Source: Phoronis australis
Lineage: Eukaryota; Animalia; Phoronida
Reading direction: 5' to 3'
Assembly: GCA_002633005.1 (NCBI GenBank)
Contig: NMRA01000287.1
Coordinates: 256,457 to 320,456 of the forward strand
Length of the DNA stretch: 64,000 nt
Below are positions 63,602 through 64,000 of this stretch, piece after piece. The notes beneath the pieces were generated by a model. That model saw nothing but the letters and a program-made list of their open reading frames with translations. It was not told the origin of the DNA and searched no databases. The position numbers and the translations under genes are program-made. Numbering within the stretch: position 1 is the first letter of the stretch; every line of letters begins with the position of its first letter.

Positions 63602-64000
63602 CTGAAATACCAAAACAGTGCGACATTTTTATTGAACTACATGAAGCATGCCACGCCAGTGCATTGGTTCCAAACCAGTTTGTACCAAGTGCATAGCAAC
63701 AGAGACTTTGACAAAAGGCTGTCCATTCACACCGTGTCTTTCGTAAAAATATTAAGTAGAGACTACCCATGGGCGGTTCCATATTGACTGTCAGAGACTG
63801 TCCTGAAATATTATGAGGGTGTGGGCGACCCTTACATACACACATACATACATATATAAAGTTACATGTGATTTTTCTGACCTAGGTCTGGTTTTCGGTT
63901 TTACACGTTGACCCTGGAAAAGACTTTATCAACACTTATTACAATAAAAACCTGCCAGCGTTGCAAGACTGTTGGATTAATTTAAAAATGCATCTATTCA

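Overview
Intron-rich, AT-rich animal genomic DNA, most like a marine invertebrate; the species cannot be determined from sequence. The ORF track is mostly uninformative because the real genes are spliced. Two convergent genes can be rebuilt by hand from splice sites and reading phase. (1) A + strand gene of 21 exons (2986..29701, about 1063 aa, 5'-incomplete) encodes a Cys-rich segment, 4 EAR/EPTP repeats, 3 F5/8C discoidin domains, a LamG/ConA domain and 3 more EAR repeats. This looks like a 7-bladed EAR propeller split by a large inserted cassette. (2) A - strand Ig-superfamily gene (63601 down to about 30173, 5'-incomplete) has a Cys-less IgV exon, an IgC2 exon and a probable hydrophobic terminal exon. 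Between them lie nine 36/41-nt Thr/Pro/Gly stalk micro-exons, eight of them hidden inside a ~200-bp satellite at 44.7-46.4 kb. The introns hold decayed and nested transposons: hAT, Gypsy, Kolobok with THAP and KolX stubs, Academ, Sola2, a CR1/L2 LINE, Penelope and MITEs. All calls are by eye, with no database searches.
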